A stretch of DNA of 64,000 nucleotides from an uncultured Chthonomonadaceae bacterium (GCA_963835065.1 CAWIEK010000049.1:729146-793145), one strand, 5' to 3'. Shown: positions 52,744 through 62,997, numbered from the stretch's first letter. Notes: a model not told the origin generated them from the letters alone. Numbers and translations: made by a program.

Positions 52744-54177
52744 ATGAAACGACTGCTTTCCAAAACCATGCTGCGCGCGGCGATTTTGCCCGTAGGGGCA
52801 ATTATGGTGACGGCTCCCATTCTGGTGGGCTATGCCAGCAATCGCCATTCGATGCGCGTTGACAGAGCGGTGGAACGGCAGGTCGTGCGCTTTGACCCAA
52901 AAACGTCTACGCGGCGTATCAGCAATCCGGGCGACGAGGAGCAAAACGACGGGGGTAAGAAGGGCCGGAATGAGGGCGATGCATCCACAGATCCCGTTGA
53001 AGACTATAAAACGGCTCTGGAACTGCTGCGCAAAAACTATTATGGCGCGAATATAGACAAGCGCAAAGAGCAGCAGCTGACCTATGAAGCCATTCGGGGC
53101 ATGGTGGGCAGCCTCAAAGACCAGTTTTCCAGTTTCCTGGACCCGGACGATTGGGCGCAGATGCAGGCGACAACCGAAGGCGATTTTGAAGGCATCGGCG
53201 CGATTCTGGCGCGGGATACCAATGACGTCAGGATTGTAGAAGTCGTCGAAGGCAGCCCGGCGGACAAAGCGGGCGTCCATGCCGACGATGTGGTGGCTCG
53301 CGTGGATGGCGCAAACATGATCGGGCAGGACTTGAACGAAGTGGTGCGCCATATCAAGGGCAAGCGCGGCACGAAAGTGCGTCTCACGGTGTTGCGCGGC
53401 AAGCAAACGCTGGATATGACCATGACGCGCTCGCTTGTGGAACCCCTCGTTGTGAAATACTGGATGGAGGACAATCAGGCCAAGATAGGCCGTATCCTGC
53501 TGAAGGAATTCAACAAAAAAAGCGTGGACCAGATGAACAAAGCCTTCGACGCATTGCAGGCGCAGGGGATGCGCGCGCTGATTTTGGATTTGCGCTACAA
53601 TCCGGGTGGCCTGCTGGATTCGGCGATTGATGTGGCGAGCGTGTTCATCCCCGAAAACAAAAATGCCGACCTGCATAACGTTGTTGTGTGGATGCGCGAG
53701 GGAACGGGCAATGAGCAAAAACGGCTGCTCGGCGCGGTAGACACGACGTACACGCATAAGGTTCCGCTCGCGGTTCTGGTCAACGGCGGCAGCGCGTCGG
53801 CCTCAGAAATCGTGTCGGGAGCCATTAAGGACTACGGCATTGCTACACTGATCGGCGAGCGCACATACGGCAAGGGCCGGGTGCAAACGCTGATTCCCCT
53901 GCAGGACAATTCCGCCCTGCGCCTGACCACGCAGTTGTATTACCCGCCCAAACACCATGACATCAACTTCAAGCGCGACGAGGACGGCAGCCGCATTGAC
54001 GGCACGGGCGGCATCCTGCCCGACATCGAAGTGAAGCAATCCCCCAAGTGGCGTCCCGAAGACTGGAACGACAAACTCAACGACACGCAGCTACACTCTG
54101 CCGTTGATTTTCTGCGCTCCCGCCTGGGCGGTTCCACGATTGCGCAAGCCACGCTCCGCGCCCAACAGGTGCATTAA
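52744..54177 (+). CDS. ctpA: carboxyl-terminal processing protease (S41A)
   Basis: FEGIGA, DLRYNPGG, NGGSASASEI, RTYGKG, GILPD. Confidence 0.92.
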   Translation: MKRLLSKTMLRAAILPVGAIMVTAPILVGYASNRHSMRVDRAVERQVVRFDPKTSTRRISNPGDEEQNDGGKKGRNEGDASTDPVEDYKTALELLRKNYYGANIDKRKEQQLTYEAIRGMVGSLKDQFSSFLDPDDWAQMQATTEGDFEGIGAILARDTNDVRIVEVVEGSPADKAGVHADDVVARVDGANMIGQDLNEVVRHIKGKRGTKVRLTVLRGKQTLDMTMTRSLVEPLVVKYWMEDNQAKIGRILLKEFNKKSVDQMNKAFDALQAQGMRALILDLRYNPGGLLDSAIDVASVFIPENKNADLHNVVVWMREGTGNEQKRLLGAVDTTYTHKVPLAVLVNGGSASASEIVSGAIKDYGIATLIGERTYGKGRVQTLIPLQDNSALRLTTQLYYPPKHHDINFKRDEDGSRIDGTGGILPDIEVKQSPKWRPEDWNDKLNDTQLHSAVDFLRSRLGGSTIAQATLRAQQVH

Positions 54178-54228
54178 CGCTGTTGCGGCAGTGGCGCAAG
54201 CAAGGGATAAGGGATAAGAGATAGAAGT

Positions 54229-54410
54229 ATGTAGAGTCATCGTCGAAATCTTGGCAATACAGCGCTTCCAGCCCGATGTCTCGTTGTGTCAAATTGTAGG
54301 AGAGAGGCGTCGTGACCTCGAAAGCGTCAGGGCGAACGGGAGGGGTGAAACATAGGACTGGCACCTCCCTTCCTGTATGGATCGTAATTGTCTGAATACT
54401 AGACGTTGTT
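54229..54410 (-). ncRNA. putative small RNA with 8-codon mini-ORF, copy 2
   Basis: Core 54229-54319; ORF 54353-54327 MFHPSRSP-TGA; same SD as copy 1. Confidence 0.5.
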
Positions 54411-54417
54411 CTACTGT

Positions 54418-54445
54418 TTAGACGGCTGTATCGGGCAAAGGGTTC
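54418..54445 (-). promoter_or_regulatory. ECF sigma-type promoter
   Basis: GAACCC-N16-GTCTAA. Confidence 0.65.
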
Positions 54446-54503
54446 GTTGTTTTCAGCGTTTTTCGGTCTTTTTTCTGTTTCTTTTTGTGGAGGAGTACGG
54501 ACT

Positions 54504-54788
54504 ATCCAGACTGAACAACTTACGTATGCGTAGTTGGAGGGATTGCTGGCGGAACTTGGCTACGAGGAAACGCCGACACAGGAAGAGGCGCGGGTGTTTG
54601 TAAATCGGGAGTACGACGCCATCAGCGTTTTGCCCTGCGCGAACAGTGAAGAAACCGCGCGTCCACACCATCTAATCACGCTGCGCAAAGTCGCTACGGA
54701 AAGAGGGATTGTGGACGCGGAAACGTTTGAGAAAAAGTTGAGCGAAGTTCATCAACAGCCTGTCGAAGCGCTGGCAAAAGCCTCTTGA
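54504..54788 (+). pseudogene. decayed paralog of the 60584-60871 HicA-fold-like gene
   Basis: GGAGGAG then ATC instead of ATG; TAG at 54531 aligns with Gln of the paralog; shared C-terminus EVHQQ..E.LAKAS. Confidence 0.7.
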
Positions 54789-54954
54789 ACCCCGCTTTGT
54801 TTCCCGGCAGAAATAAAATGGCAATAAAATTTCAGCATACGCCGTCACAAAGCAGGAAAATGGCGCGTGGTTGAGTAACTATGCGCCTGCGTATCCCTGC
54901 CATGCTGTTTTGATATGGTCGCTGTTTTCCTGTTCCCACGAGGAGTAGCCCGCC

Positions 54955-55440
54955 ATGAGTAAATTTCTGCTTGTTTCCGGTATCGTTGGCTTCATTGCCT
55001 CCATTTGCACCGTTTTGGCCTTTATTCTTCCCCTGTTCAAATCCACGCCTGCCGCGCCGTCCGACACGGCGGAAGCGCATTACCAGAAAGCCGTACAGCT
55101 AAGAGATCAGCACAACCGCCCGCTGGCCGAAGAGGAAGCGCGGCAGGCGATTATGCTGCAGCCGACGCATCGGGAAGCGCATAAACTGCTGGCCGCCTGC
55201 TATATGACCGACGGCAGCGTGGACAACGGCAGTCAGAGCAGCAGTCTTTCCTCTGCCGCCAATGAGTACACCCGCGCGGTTGAAATTGATCCCGATGACA
55301 TGGAAGCGGAGTTGGGGCTTGCGGTTGCGCTGGAAAGTTTGGGACAGCGCTCGTCGGCGCGGAACCACTACGCCATTGTTGCGAAACATCACGGCAGCAG
55401 TCAGGAACAGCGGGAAATCGCCACTTCGCGCCTGCATTAG
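54955..55440 (+). CDS. membrane-anchored TPR protein
   Basis: N-terminal TM, TPR helices. Confidence 0.75.
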   Translation: MSKFLLVSGIVGFIASICTVLAFILPLFKSTPAAPSDTAEAHYQKAVQLRDQHNRPLAEEEARQAIMLQPTHREAHKLLAACYMTDGSVDNGSQSSSLSSAANEYTRAVEIDPDDMEAELGLAVALESLGQRSSARNHYAIVAKHHGSSQEQREIATSRLH

Positions 55441-55469
55441 CCGCGTTCGTTGAGGGGAGTAAACCGGGA

Positions 55470-56606
55470 TTGTCCTGTCCATCCTTGCGTAAAGCCCTGT
55501 GGGGAGCGCTGCCGGTAATAGCGGCTTGTGCCTGTGTTGCGCAAACGCCCACTATGGAGGCCATTCGGATACGATTGCAGCGTCTGGATCAGGCGCAGCC
55601 CGCTCCGGTTGTCACGCGGGAGGTGTCGCCGTCCCGCAGCAATAAACCGGGCGGAACCGTGATTGTGAAAGCGCGAACGCCGCAGGCCGCGCAGCGCGCC
55701 GCCGTTCGCTACGTGTACATCCATTCGGTTCGCAATGTGGGCGTGTCGCTGCGGGAGTTTGCCCAACTGCGCGACCAGATGGCGGACGCCGCTTCGGAAA
55801 TCAAGAACCTCAAAGCCAAAATCCTGAGTACGCAAAAAACCGGGGAAGGCTATACGGTAGACGTGGAACTGGCGCAAACGTCGGGCGAACTGGCGCAGGA
55901 CTTGCAGCGCTCTTCGCTGTCCAACTTTCGCATGGTCGCGCTGCTGCCGGAAACCATAGACGGACAGAGCGCCGGAGCGCCCAAAGTGGAAACCGCGCTG
56001 ATCGGCGCATTGTCGGACAAGCAGTTCCGCGTGTACGACTGGAATTTTGTCAACTCGCGCAGGCCGCTGGCAAGCCTTGTCAGCGCGACATTAGGCCGAC
56101 AGAACGAGGCGGCTGTGCAGCTTGGCAACCGCTTTCTGGCAAACGTGATCGTGGCGGGGCGCGTGGAAACCAAATTTTCGCAGGACAACGGCGGCATTAT
56201 CTCGTACCGGGCATCGGCCAACCTGCGGGTGATCAAAACCGATACGGGGCAAATCCTGACGGCGCGGGAGTACGCGGAAAAAGGCTTCGGGCAGGACAAA
56301 GCGCAGGCGGCGCGGGAGTCGCTGGAAGCCCTCGCGCAGAAGGTGGCGAAGGAACTGCCCGACGAACTGGAAAGCCACTTCGACGAGTACCCCGTCACCG
56401 TGCAAATTCCCCTGCAAAATCCCGAACAGGCGGCAGAAGTCGAAACCTTCCTGCGCGGCTTGACGGGCGTAAAAAGCGTGGAACGCGCCCCAACCGCAAA
56501 CGGCGCAAGTTTCCGTCTCATCAGCCGCGAAAAGCCCGTCGCCCTCGCCGCCCGCATCCAGCAAAGCCGCGACTACCGCCTCACTTCCAACGACACCACG
56601 CCGTAA
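55470..56606 (+). CDS. secreted protein, FlgT/CsgG-like alpha/beta domain
   Basis: Signal-like N-terminus; ANVIVAGRV, LRVIKTDTGQIL. Confidence 0.55.
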   Translation: MSCPSLRKALWGALPVIAACACVAQTPTMEAIRIRLQRLDQAQPAPVVTREVSPSRSNKPGGTVIVKARTPQAAQRAAVRYVYIHSVRNVGVSLREFAQLRDQMADAASEIKNLKAKILSTQKTGEGYTVDVELAQTSGELAQDLQRSSLSNFRMVALLPETIDGQSAGAPKVETALIGALSDKQFRVYDWNFVNSRRPLASLVSATLGRQNEAAVQLGNRFLANVIVAGRVETKFSQDNGGIISYRASANLRVIKTDTGQILTAREYAEKGFGQDKAQAARESLEALAQKVAKELPDELESHFDEYPVTVQIPLQNPEQAAEVETFLRGLTGVKSVERAPTANGASFRLISREKPVALAARIQQSRDYRLTSNDTTP

Positions 56607-56645
56607 CCATTTCCGGCACGTTCCCAACTCCAAAAGGAGCCTGAC

Positions 56646-57719
56646 ATGCGCAAACTAACCTTTTCTCTCGCTGCCATTGCCGCCCTGTGCCTCGTTCCTT
56701 TCGGGCATTGCATCGTTCAAGCGCAAGAAGATGCAAAACCAGTGAACAAGCAGGCAACCACAACACACCTATTCGACATGATTCCAACAAAATTGGATGG
56801 TCGAAAACCAAGCGAAAACAGGCTTACAAACGGTTGGCGTCCTGACAAATGTATACTAAACGGTGTGGAGTATGAACACAGCATATCGTTTGGAGAACTT
56901 TATGACGGCGGCACTGCTACATTTTACGTAAAAGGCTACGATTATTTTGACGCAACGATTGGTGTGCAGAAACAGTCGGATCGTCAGTATAGCGTGAGAT
57001 ATATTGTACTTGGAGATGAGGATAAACGTCTGCAAACAACTCCGCTACAAACGCAGGATTCCTCCAGCACTCATTTACATGTGTCTATCAAAGGCGTCAC
57101 GGAACTTACCTTAAAAATTGTCACTGATAATATTCCGCCGCGCTTTGTTTGGTGGGGTGACGCGCGGCTAGTTAAAGGCAATCCTTCCGCTTCCGCGCCA
57201 GCCGGTAAAAAGCAGGAAGGCACAGAGGGTAACAGCAGTTCAGATACTTCATCTTCTGATGAACCTACTTCCAGTGGCCCAACCTTTACCTTTGAGATAC
57301 GCGACATTGAAGACCTTGCCAAGAAACTCAAAGAGCAGGTGGAAGAAGACAAAGACCAGTTCAAGACGAAGCCCGTGCTTGTGGCTATCGCATCCTTTGA
57401 CTTGATTCCTAAAAGCCTGTCGCCGGATAACGCCCGCAAGGTGCGTGAGCAGTTGAGTACCGCGCTCATCAAAACGAAAACGTTCCGCGTCGTCGAACGC
57501 GCTCAGATCGACAAAATCGTGGACGAACTCAAGCGCAGCAAGTCCGACCTTTCCGACAGCGCAACCGCGTTGAAGATCGGCAAGCAGACCAGCGCCCGCG
57601 CCGTGCTTGTCGGCAGCATCTCCGACGATAAAACGTACATCACCGTGAACGTCCGCATGATTAACACGGAAACGGGCGAGTCCACCATTGCCGAGTCGGT
57701 TGAAGTAAAGAAACGTTGA
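56646..57719 (+). CDS. secreted NPCBM/NEW2 + CsgG/FlgO-like domain protein
   Basis: YDYFDATIGV, GVTELTL, WGDARL; VVERAQIDKI, VLVGSI, RMINTETGE. Confidence 0.75.
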   Translation: MRKLTFSLAAIAALCLVPFGHCIVQAQEDAKPVNKQATTTHLFDMIPTKLDGRKPSENRLTNGWRPDKCILNGVEYEHSISFGELYDGGTATFYVKGYDYFDATIGVQKQSDRQYSVRYIVLGDEDKRLQTTPLQTQDSSSTHLHVSIKGVTELTLKIVTDNIPPRFVWWGDARLVKGNPSASAPAGKKQEGTEGNSSSDTSSSDEPTSSGPTFTFEIRDIEDLAKKLKEQVEEDKDQFKTKPVLVAIASFDLIPKSLSPDNARKVREQLSTALIKTKTFRVVERAQIDKIVDELKRSKSDLSDSATALKIGKQTSARAVLVGSISDDKTYITVNVRMINTETGESTIAESVEVKKR

Positions 57720-57736
57720 TTGACAGGGAGCCTGAT

Positions 57737-58846
57737 ATGCTACGCCGAACCTTTGCCGTTGCCGCCGCCGCTCTGTTTGCGGCAACCTCCATTCATTGCG
57801 GTGTTCACGCGCAGAATACTGCCGAGGGAACGGTCAGGCAATCCAATGTGACTTACCTTGCCGACTTAGCGCCTGCGGCAATAAACGAACGAGTTCCTGA
57901 TAAAAACTACCTGAGTCGCTATTGGAAAAACGGCGAGTGTACGTTTCAGGGACACAAATACGACAGAAGCATTTCTTTCGGACGCGACTATGGACACTGT
58001 ATGACTGTATTCCTCACAGCCGGCAAGTACGACTATCTGGAAGCAACCGTAGGAATAGACGATCACTACCCACATGAACAGGATAAAATCAATGTGGAAA
58101 TTGTCGGAGATGACAAGCAACTGTATCTATCCGGCAAGGAAGCGGACGTCGGCGTAGGAAGCAAACCTGTACACATCCACATTCCCATCAAAGATATAGG
58201 TCGGCTCAAACTGTTGATACACGGGCATGGTGATTTTCATGCCGGGGATGTTTGGTGGGGAGATGCTCGAGTGATTAAGGGCAACTCCCCTGCTCCAAAG
58301 CCGCCAAAACCTAATCCCGGCGACGAAGACAAAGGTACTGAGCCGACGCCCCCGCAAGCAATCGGCAAAAGAACGCTGCGGATTGACCCGGATAAAATCA
58401 AAGAACTTGCGTCAGAATTGAAGGCCAAAGTCGCCAAAGATGCCGACCTTGCGCGGGCCAAGCCAACGCTCGCCATCGCCGCGTTTCAACTTATTCCGGC
58501 GGACACACTTTCCTCGGACAACGCCAATAACATGCGCGAAGACCTCAGCACCGCGCTGATTGATACCGAAGCGTTTGAAGTGGTGGAACGCGGGCAGTTA
58601 GACAAGGCGCTGGAAGAACTGAAACTCGCCAAAAAAGATATTTTCGACAGTTCGACCGCTCAAAAATTGGGCAAGCAAGTGGGAGCGCGGGTTGTGATGA
58701 TCGGCAGCATTTCGGACCGGGGCGAATACGCGGTTGTCAATGTACGCCTGATTGACACCGCAACCGGCAAAGCCCGCATTGCCGGCAGCGTGAAACTGCC
58801 GCAGCGCGACGCCCCAAAGAAAAACATGCCGGATAAATCGGAATAA
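57737..58846 (+). CDS. secreted NPCBM/NEW2 + CsgG/FlgO-like domain protein, paralog
   Basis: YLADL, YDYLEATVGIDD, WGDARV; VVERGQLDKAL, RLIDTATG. Confidence 0.75.
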   Translation: MLRRTFAVAAAALFAATSIHCGVHAQNTAEGTVRQSNVTYLADLAPAAINERVPDKNYLSRYWKNGECTFQGHKYDRSISFGRDYGHCMTVFLTAGKYDYLEATVGIDDHYPHEQDKINVEIVGDDKQLYLSGKEADVGVGSKPVHIHIPIKDIGRLKLLIHGHGDFHAGDVWWGDARVIKGNSPAPKPPKPNPGDEDKGTEPTPPQAIGKRTLRIDPDKIKELASELKAKVAKDADLARAKPTLAIAAFQLIPADTLSSDNANNMREDLSTALIDTEAFEVVERGQLDKALEELKLAKKDIFDSSTAQKLGKQVGARVVMIGSISDRGEYAVVNVRLIDTATGKARIAGSVKLPQRDAPKKNMPDKSE

Positions 58847-58880
58847 GTAGGGTGCGGTACAGAAATCGGAGGTACAAAGC

Positions 58881-59210
58881 ATGTTTACAGCACCGCAAAG
58901 ACAACGTTTCCACGCCTTGCAGCAGCGTGAAGACGAGGGAACATTGGCGCCGTCCGAGCAGGCGGAACTTCAAGCGTTCGTGCAACAGATAGAAGCGGAA
59001 GAAGCAATATATCTGCGTCCTGCCAACGAGCGCATACGGCAGGAACGGCTTCAACTGGAAGCGCAAACAGCAGCCTTGAAAATTCTGCTGCGACGACGCG
59101 AACGTCTGGCGCATCGTCTTGAACGAGTGCTGGCTTTATCTGCGATGGAGCGAGAAAAGATCAATGCGGAACTCTCCGCCATTCTTGGCACTGCGGAAGC
59201 GGCGCGATAG
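58881..59210 (+). CDS. coiled-coil hypothetical protein, antitoxin-like partner of HNH gene
   Basis: GGAGG SD; GTLAPSEQAEL; stop overlaps the HNH start. Confidence 0.6.
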   Translation: MFTAPQRQRFHALQQREDEGTLAPSEQAELQAFVQQIEAEEAIYLRPANERIRQERLQLEAQTAALKILLRRRERLAHRLERVLALSAMEREKINAELSAILGTAEAAR

Positions 59211-59710
59211 TGCGTGCGACGTAACGGCAAGCCCTGCGTGTACGCTATGATTTTCGATGCGGCTACTGCGACATTCGTGAAACAGATGCAGGAGCCGAAT
59301 TGACGGTAGATCATTTTCAGCCGCGCTCACAGGGCGGCGGAGATGAAACCGATAATCTGGTGTATTGTTGCCACGCCTGCAATGAGTTCAAAGGCGACTA
59401 CTGGCAGCCGAATTCGCCCCGTCGTATTCTGCACCCTTTGCGGGACAACATTGCCGCGCATGTCGCATTGACAAATGAGGATACGTTGGCTTCCCTCACC
59501 GAAACAGGGGAGTTCCACATTCGGAAGTTGCGCCTTAACCGCAGCGAACTCATTGAGCATCGGCGTGACCTGCGTTCACGAGAGCAAGAGCGCCTCGAAC
59601 AGCAAGCCGTTCTGAACAGGCTGACGCGAATGGAACAACGCATCGAAATGCTGCAAAAGCGAGTCGCCTCGAACAGGATTGAAGCAGAGGATGAATACGG
59701 CAATGGATAA
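59210..59710 (+). pseudogene. HNH endonuclease with premature TAA at codon 5
   Basis: MRAT*RQALRVRYDFRCGYC...VDHFQP...NLVYCCHACN. Confidence 0.8.
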
Positions 59711-59777
59711 TGCCATATATGCCGGACGACTGAGATCAAGAAGCGACAGCATAAAAGGTGTAGAAAGATGCCATCCA

Positions 59778-59999
59778 ATGAATTATGCAAACAATTCGGA
59801 ACGTGAGCAAATCATTGACCGGGCACTGACGGCGCGTACTTTGCCGGAGATTAAAGCGGCGGCGCAGGATTTGCGGCAGTGGTTACAAGATCATCCTGAT
59901 GATTGGAGCGCGGAAGACGCGCTGGAACCGCTGGCAATGCTGCGGCGTGGGCTGGAAGCGGAGCAGAAAACTGCCGTTGCTGTCGGAGCAACTTCATGA
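59778..59999 (+). CDS. hypothetical protein
   Basis: 73 aa, helical, co-oriented with neighbours. Confidence 0.5.
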   Translation: MNYANNSEREQIIDRALTARTLPEIKAAAQDLRQWLQDHPDDWSAEDALEPLAMLRRGLEAEQKTAVAVGATS

Positions 60000-60084
60000 A
60001 AATGACCATTCATAACAACTTTCTGCTGCATAGGTTGCCCACGATTTTGACAGCAAACAACAAAAACGAGGAGAAAATTACGGC

Positions 60085-60591
60085 GTGAGAAAACGGCGAA
60101 CCCGCAACCACATCATTGCCGACTTGAGCGCCAACCACGTAGAACGTCATGCGCTGTTGTGCGGCTATACGGTAGAACGCATGGCACATGACTATGGCGT
60201 TGATCTGCTGTTGTATACTTACAATGATGACGGTGAGATTGAAAACGACACGGTAAAAATCCAACTGAAAGCGACAGACAATCTGACCCTGCTTCAGGAT
60301 GGGCAAAGAATACCCTTTCTCGTTTCTCATTCCGATCTGGATTACTGGCTGGAAGAATTTCTGCCCGTCATTTTGATTGTTTATGATGCATCGCAGGATG
60401 TGGCCTATTGGGTATATTTGCAGGCGTACTTTCAGCATCAATCCAGTTTTGATTTGACGCTGGCCGGTGATACCACAACAGTCTACCTGAGCCAAGAGAA
60501 TGTTGTCAGCGGCGACACTATGCGCCTGTTTGCGCGTTACAAGGTTAATGTTCTGAGTCAACGACCGGAGAGAATCCATTATGATGTCTAA
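60085..60591 (+). CDS. DUF4365-like PD-(D/E)XK protein
   Basis: DYGVDL...IQLKAT, PVILIVYD..AYW. Confidence 0.8.
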   Translation: MRKRRTRNHIIADLSANHVERHALLCGYTVERMAHDYGVDLLLYTYNDDGEIENDTVKIQLKATDNLTLLQDGQRIPFLVSHSDLDYWLEEFLPVILIVYDASQDVAYWVYLQAYFQHQSSFDLTLAGDTTTVYLSQENVVSGDTMRLFARYKVNVLSQRPERIHYDV

Positions 60592-60871
60592 AACGCTTAC
60601 AACAGAACAATTCGCGCGGTTGTTTGAACGATTGGGTTACCATCTCGTGCCTTCTGATAGTGGTAATGGGCCGCGCGTATTCGAGAACCCGGAATTTGAT
60701 GCTGTTCAGTTTCTGCCTGCCGCCGGCAAAGAGCCTTATGCGCGCGTTGAGCATCTAATGACATTGCGGCGCATTGCTGTAGAAAAAGGGATTGTTGACG
60801 AGACGACTTTTGAAGAGTTGCTCAACGAAGTCCATCAGCAGTCTTCTGAAACGCTGGCAAAAGCCTCTTGA
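60584..60871 (+). CDS. HicA-fold-like small protein
   Basis: LT..F.RL.ERLGY...VF.NP...LP pattern; canonical GSH His absent; overlaps the DUF4365 stop. Confidence 0.5.
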   Translation: MSKTLTTEQFARLFERLGYHLVPSDSGNGPRVFENPEFDAVQFLPAAGKEPYARVEHLMTLRRIAVEKGIVDETTFEELLNEVHQQSSETLAKAS

Positions 60872-61197
60872 ACCCTGCTTTATTTGCGGCAGGATTGTTT
60901 ATCGCCCGTATTGTAATTGTGTTCAAGGCGACCAGCGTAAAAATACCGCGATTGCCGCGCTTGTCTGCTGGCAGCCTGTCATTTTCGCTGTATCGGAATG
61001 TAACCTCAACTTTGCAGCCAAGATACTGCGCCAGCGTAAATGTGTCCTGCTGGTCCCAAACGGGCAATCATTCTTTACATACGTGGCAATCCCTTTGCAA
61101 TCCCTTCCACTCTACCTCTTTCGACACAATTATACTCTTCGTTTGGCAGGCTGTCTGCGCGTGTGATATACTCCATTCGGAGGTTTGACCACGCAGA

Positions 61198-62997
61198 ATG
61201 ACCAGTGTATCCATCCCCGAACCCATTTCCGAATTACAAATGAATGTACTTCAATTGCTCATGGACAATGCCCGCGACCATGCTATCGTGCTGATGGATG
61301 CGGAACGCCGCGTTACCGTCTGGAACCGGGGCGCGGAGCATCTGCTTGGATGGAGCGAACACGAAGTCCTCGGCCAAGTCGCCGACATTTTCTTTATTCC
61401 CGAAGACCGCGTTAAGGACGACCCTGAACGCGAAGCGGATCAAGCGCGCCAACAGGGACGCGCCGAAAACGAGCGCTGGCATGTTCGCCGGGATGGGTCG
61501 CGGTTTTGGGGCAGCGGCTTGATGTACCCGCTTAATCCGCAGGGGCGTACTGGCTATGTCAAGATTTTCCGGGACCGGACACGCGAACATGAGGAACAGC
61601 AGAAGCTGGCCGATACCACGCGCCTGCTAACCGCCATTCTGGACCAACTGCCCGACCCCATTTATTTGAAAGACCGTCAGGGCGTGTTTCAAGTGGGCAA
61701 TCGCGCCCTGGCGGACCTTATCGGCGTACCTATGGATCAGGTGTTGGGACGCGATGATGCCGCGTTTTTTTCGCCCGAAGCGGCTGCCGCCTTTCGCCAA
61801 AACGATCTCGCCATTATGGACACGGGACATGCGCAGGAAGTGGAAGAGATCGTTCCGGCGGGGAGCGAACCGCGCACCTATCTTTCCACTAAAACCCCGT
61901 TTACCGATGCGCAGGGGCAGGTTATCGGACTGCTTGGCCTTTCCCGTGATGTGACGGAACACAAGCGCGTCGAAACCGCGTTGCGCGAGCGTGATACCCG
62001 GCTTTCCATTGCCACCGAAGCCGCCGCGATGGGACTGTTCACCTGGGACATGGCGGAAGGGCGCGGCTATTTCGAGAACGACCGGATGTACGCCCTGATT
62101 GGCCGCAACCCCGCGCAAGGCCCGATTAACCGCGAGGAGTTCCTGCGCGATTTTCTTCATCCCGACGATGCGGAATCACTCATACGCACCATTGCGGCAA
62201 GCGCCCAATCGGGCCGCAACTTCGCCGCCGTCTGCCGGGTACGACGGGCTGATGGCCGTATCCTTGTCATTCAGTTTTCCGGCAGGTTCGAGTTTGCGCC
62301 CGACGGATCGCCCGTTCGTATGGTCGGAGCCGCGCTGGACGTGACGGACGCGGCGGAGTACCGGCAGGAATTGGAAGAGCGGCAGCAGCAGATCGAAGAT
62401 TTGAACACCCGCCTGCGCCGCGCCATGCAGGAAACCCACCACCGCGTGAAGAACAACCTGCAAGTCATCGCCGCGCTGGTGGAGATTCAGGACGAGGCTG
62501 GCGACGACCCGGCCTTGCAGCGCATCAAGCGCCACGCCCGCGCGCTTGCCGTGATCCACGACATGCTTACGCTTCAGGTAAAGGACGACGCCGAAGTTTC
62601 GCAGGTATCCATCAAGAGCGTTCTGGAGCGCCTGCTGCCCACACTGCAGGACGTAAGTGGCGGGCGTACCATTACCGCCGACCTGGAAGAATTGCGCATG
62701 CCTTTACAAAAAGCAGCCGCGCTCACCCTGCTCGTCAACGAGTGTGTCAGCAACGCCATCAAGCACAGCAAAGGCAACGTGTCTATCACTTTTACCTGCG
62801 AACAAGGCATGGCGCAGTTGGAAATCTGCGACGACGGCAGCGGCTTCCCTCCCGATTTCAACCCGCGCAAATCCGCCAATACTGGATTGGAACTCATTGA
62901 CAGCGCGGCGCGTTGGGACTTGCGCGGCCAAGTGCGCTACGAAAACAACTCGGATGGCGGCGGGCGTGTGGTCGTCACGTTTCCCGCAGAGGCGTAG
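61198..62997 (+). CDS. PAS/PAC sensor histidine kinase (HisKA_2/HWE type)
   Basis: Three PAS domains; ETHHRVKNNLQ, NECVSNAIKH, DDGSG. Confidence 0.92.
   Translation: MTSVSIPEPISELQMNVLQLLMDNARDHAIVLMDAERRVTVWNRGAEHLLGWSEHEVLGQVADIFFIPEDRVKDDPEREADQARQQGRAENERWHVRRDGSRFWGSGLMYPLNPQGRTGYVKIFRDRTREHEEQQKLADTTRLLTAILDQLPDPIYLKDRQGVFQVGNRALADLIGVPMDQVLGRDDAAFFSPEAAAAFRQNDLAIMDTGHAQEVEEIVPAGSEPRTYLSTKTPFTDAQGQVIGLLGLSRDVTEHKRVETALRERDTRLSIATEAAAMGLFTWDMAEGRGYFENDRMYALIGRNPAQGPINREEFLRDFLHPDDAESLIRTIAASAQSGRNFAAVCRVRRADGRILVIQFSGRFEFAPDGSPVRMVGAALDVTDAAEYRQELEERQQQIEDLNTRLRRAMQETHHRVKNNLQVIAALVEIQDEAGDDPALQRIKRHARALAVIHDMLTLQVKDDAEVSQVSIKSVLERLLPTLQDVSGGRTITADLEELRMPLQKAAALTLLVNECVSNAIKHSKGNVSITFTCEQGMAQLEICDDGSGFPPDFNPRKSANTGLELIDSAARWDLRGQVRYENNSDGGGRVVVTFPAEA

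Noticed and set aside
54229..54319. Retron msr-msd or hammerhead ribozyme
   Set aside because: No reverse transcriptase in the window, no flanking a1/a2 repeats, no conserved CUGANGA core.
41554..54533. TAG recoding (pyrrolysine or alternative code) suggested by two in-frame ambers
   Set aside because: Many intact genes end at TAG; the two sites align to different residues (Tyr, Gln) and lie in decaying genes.
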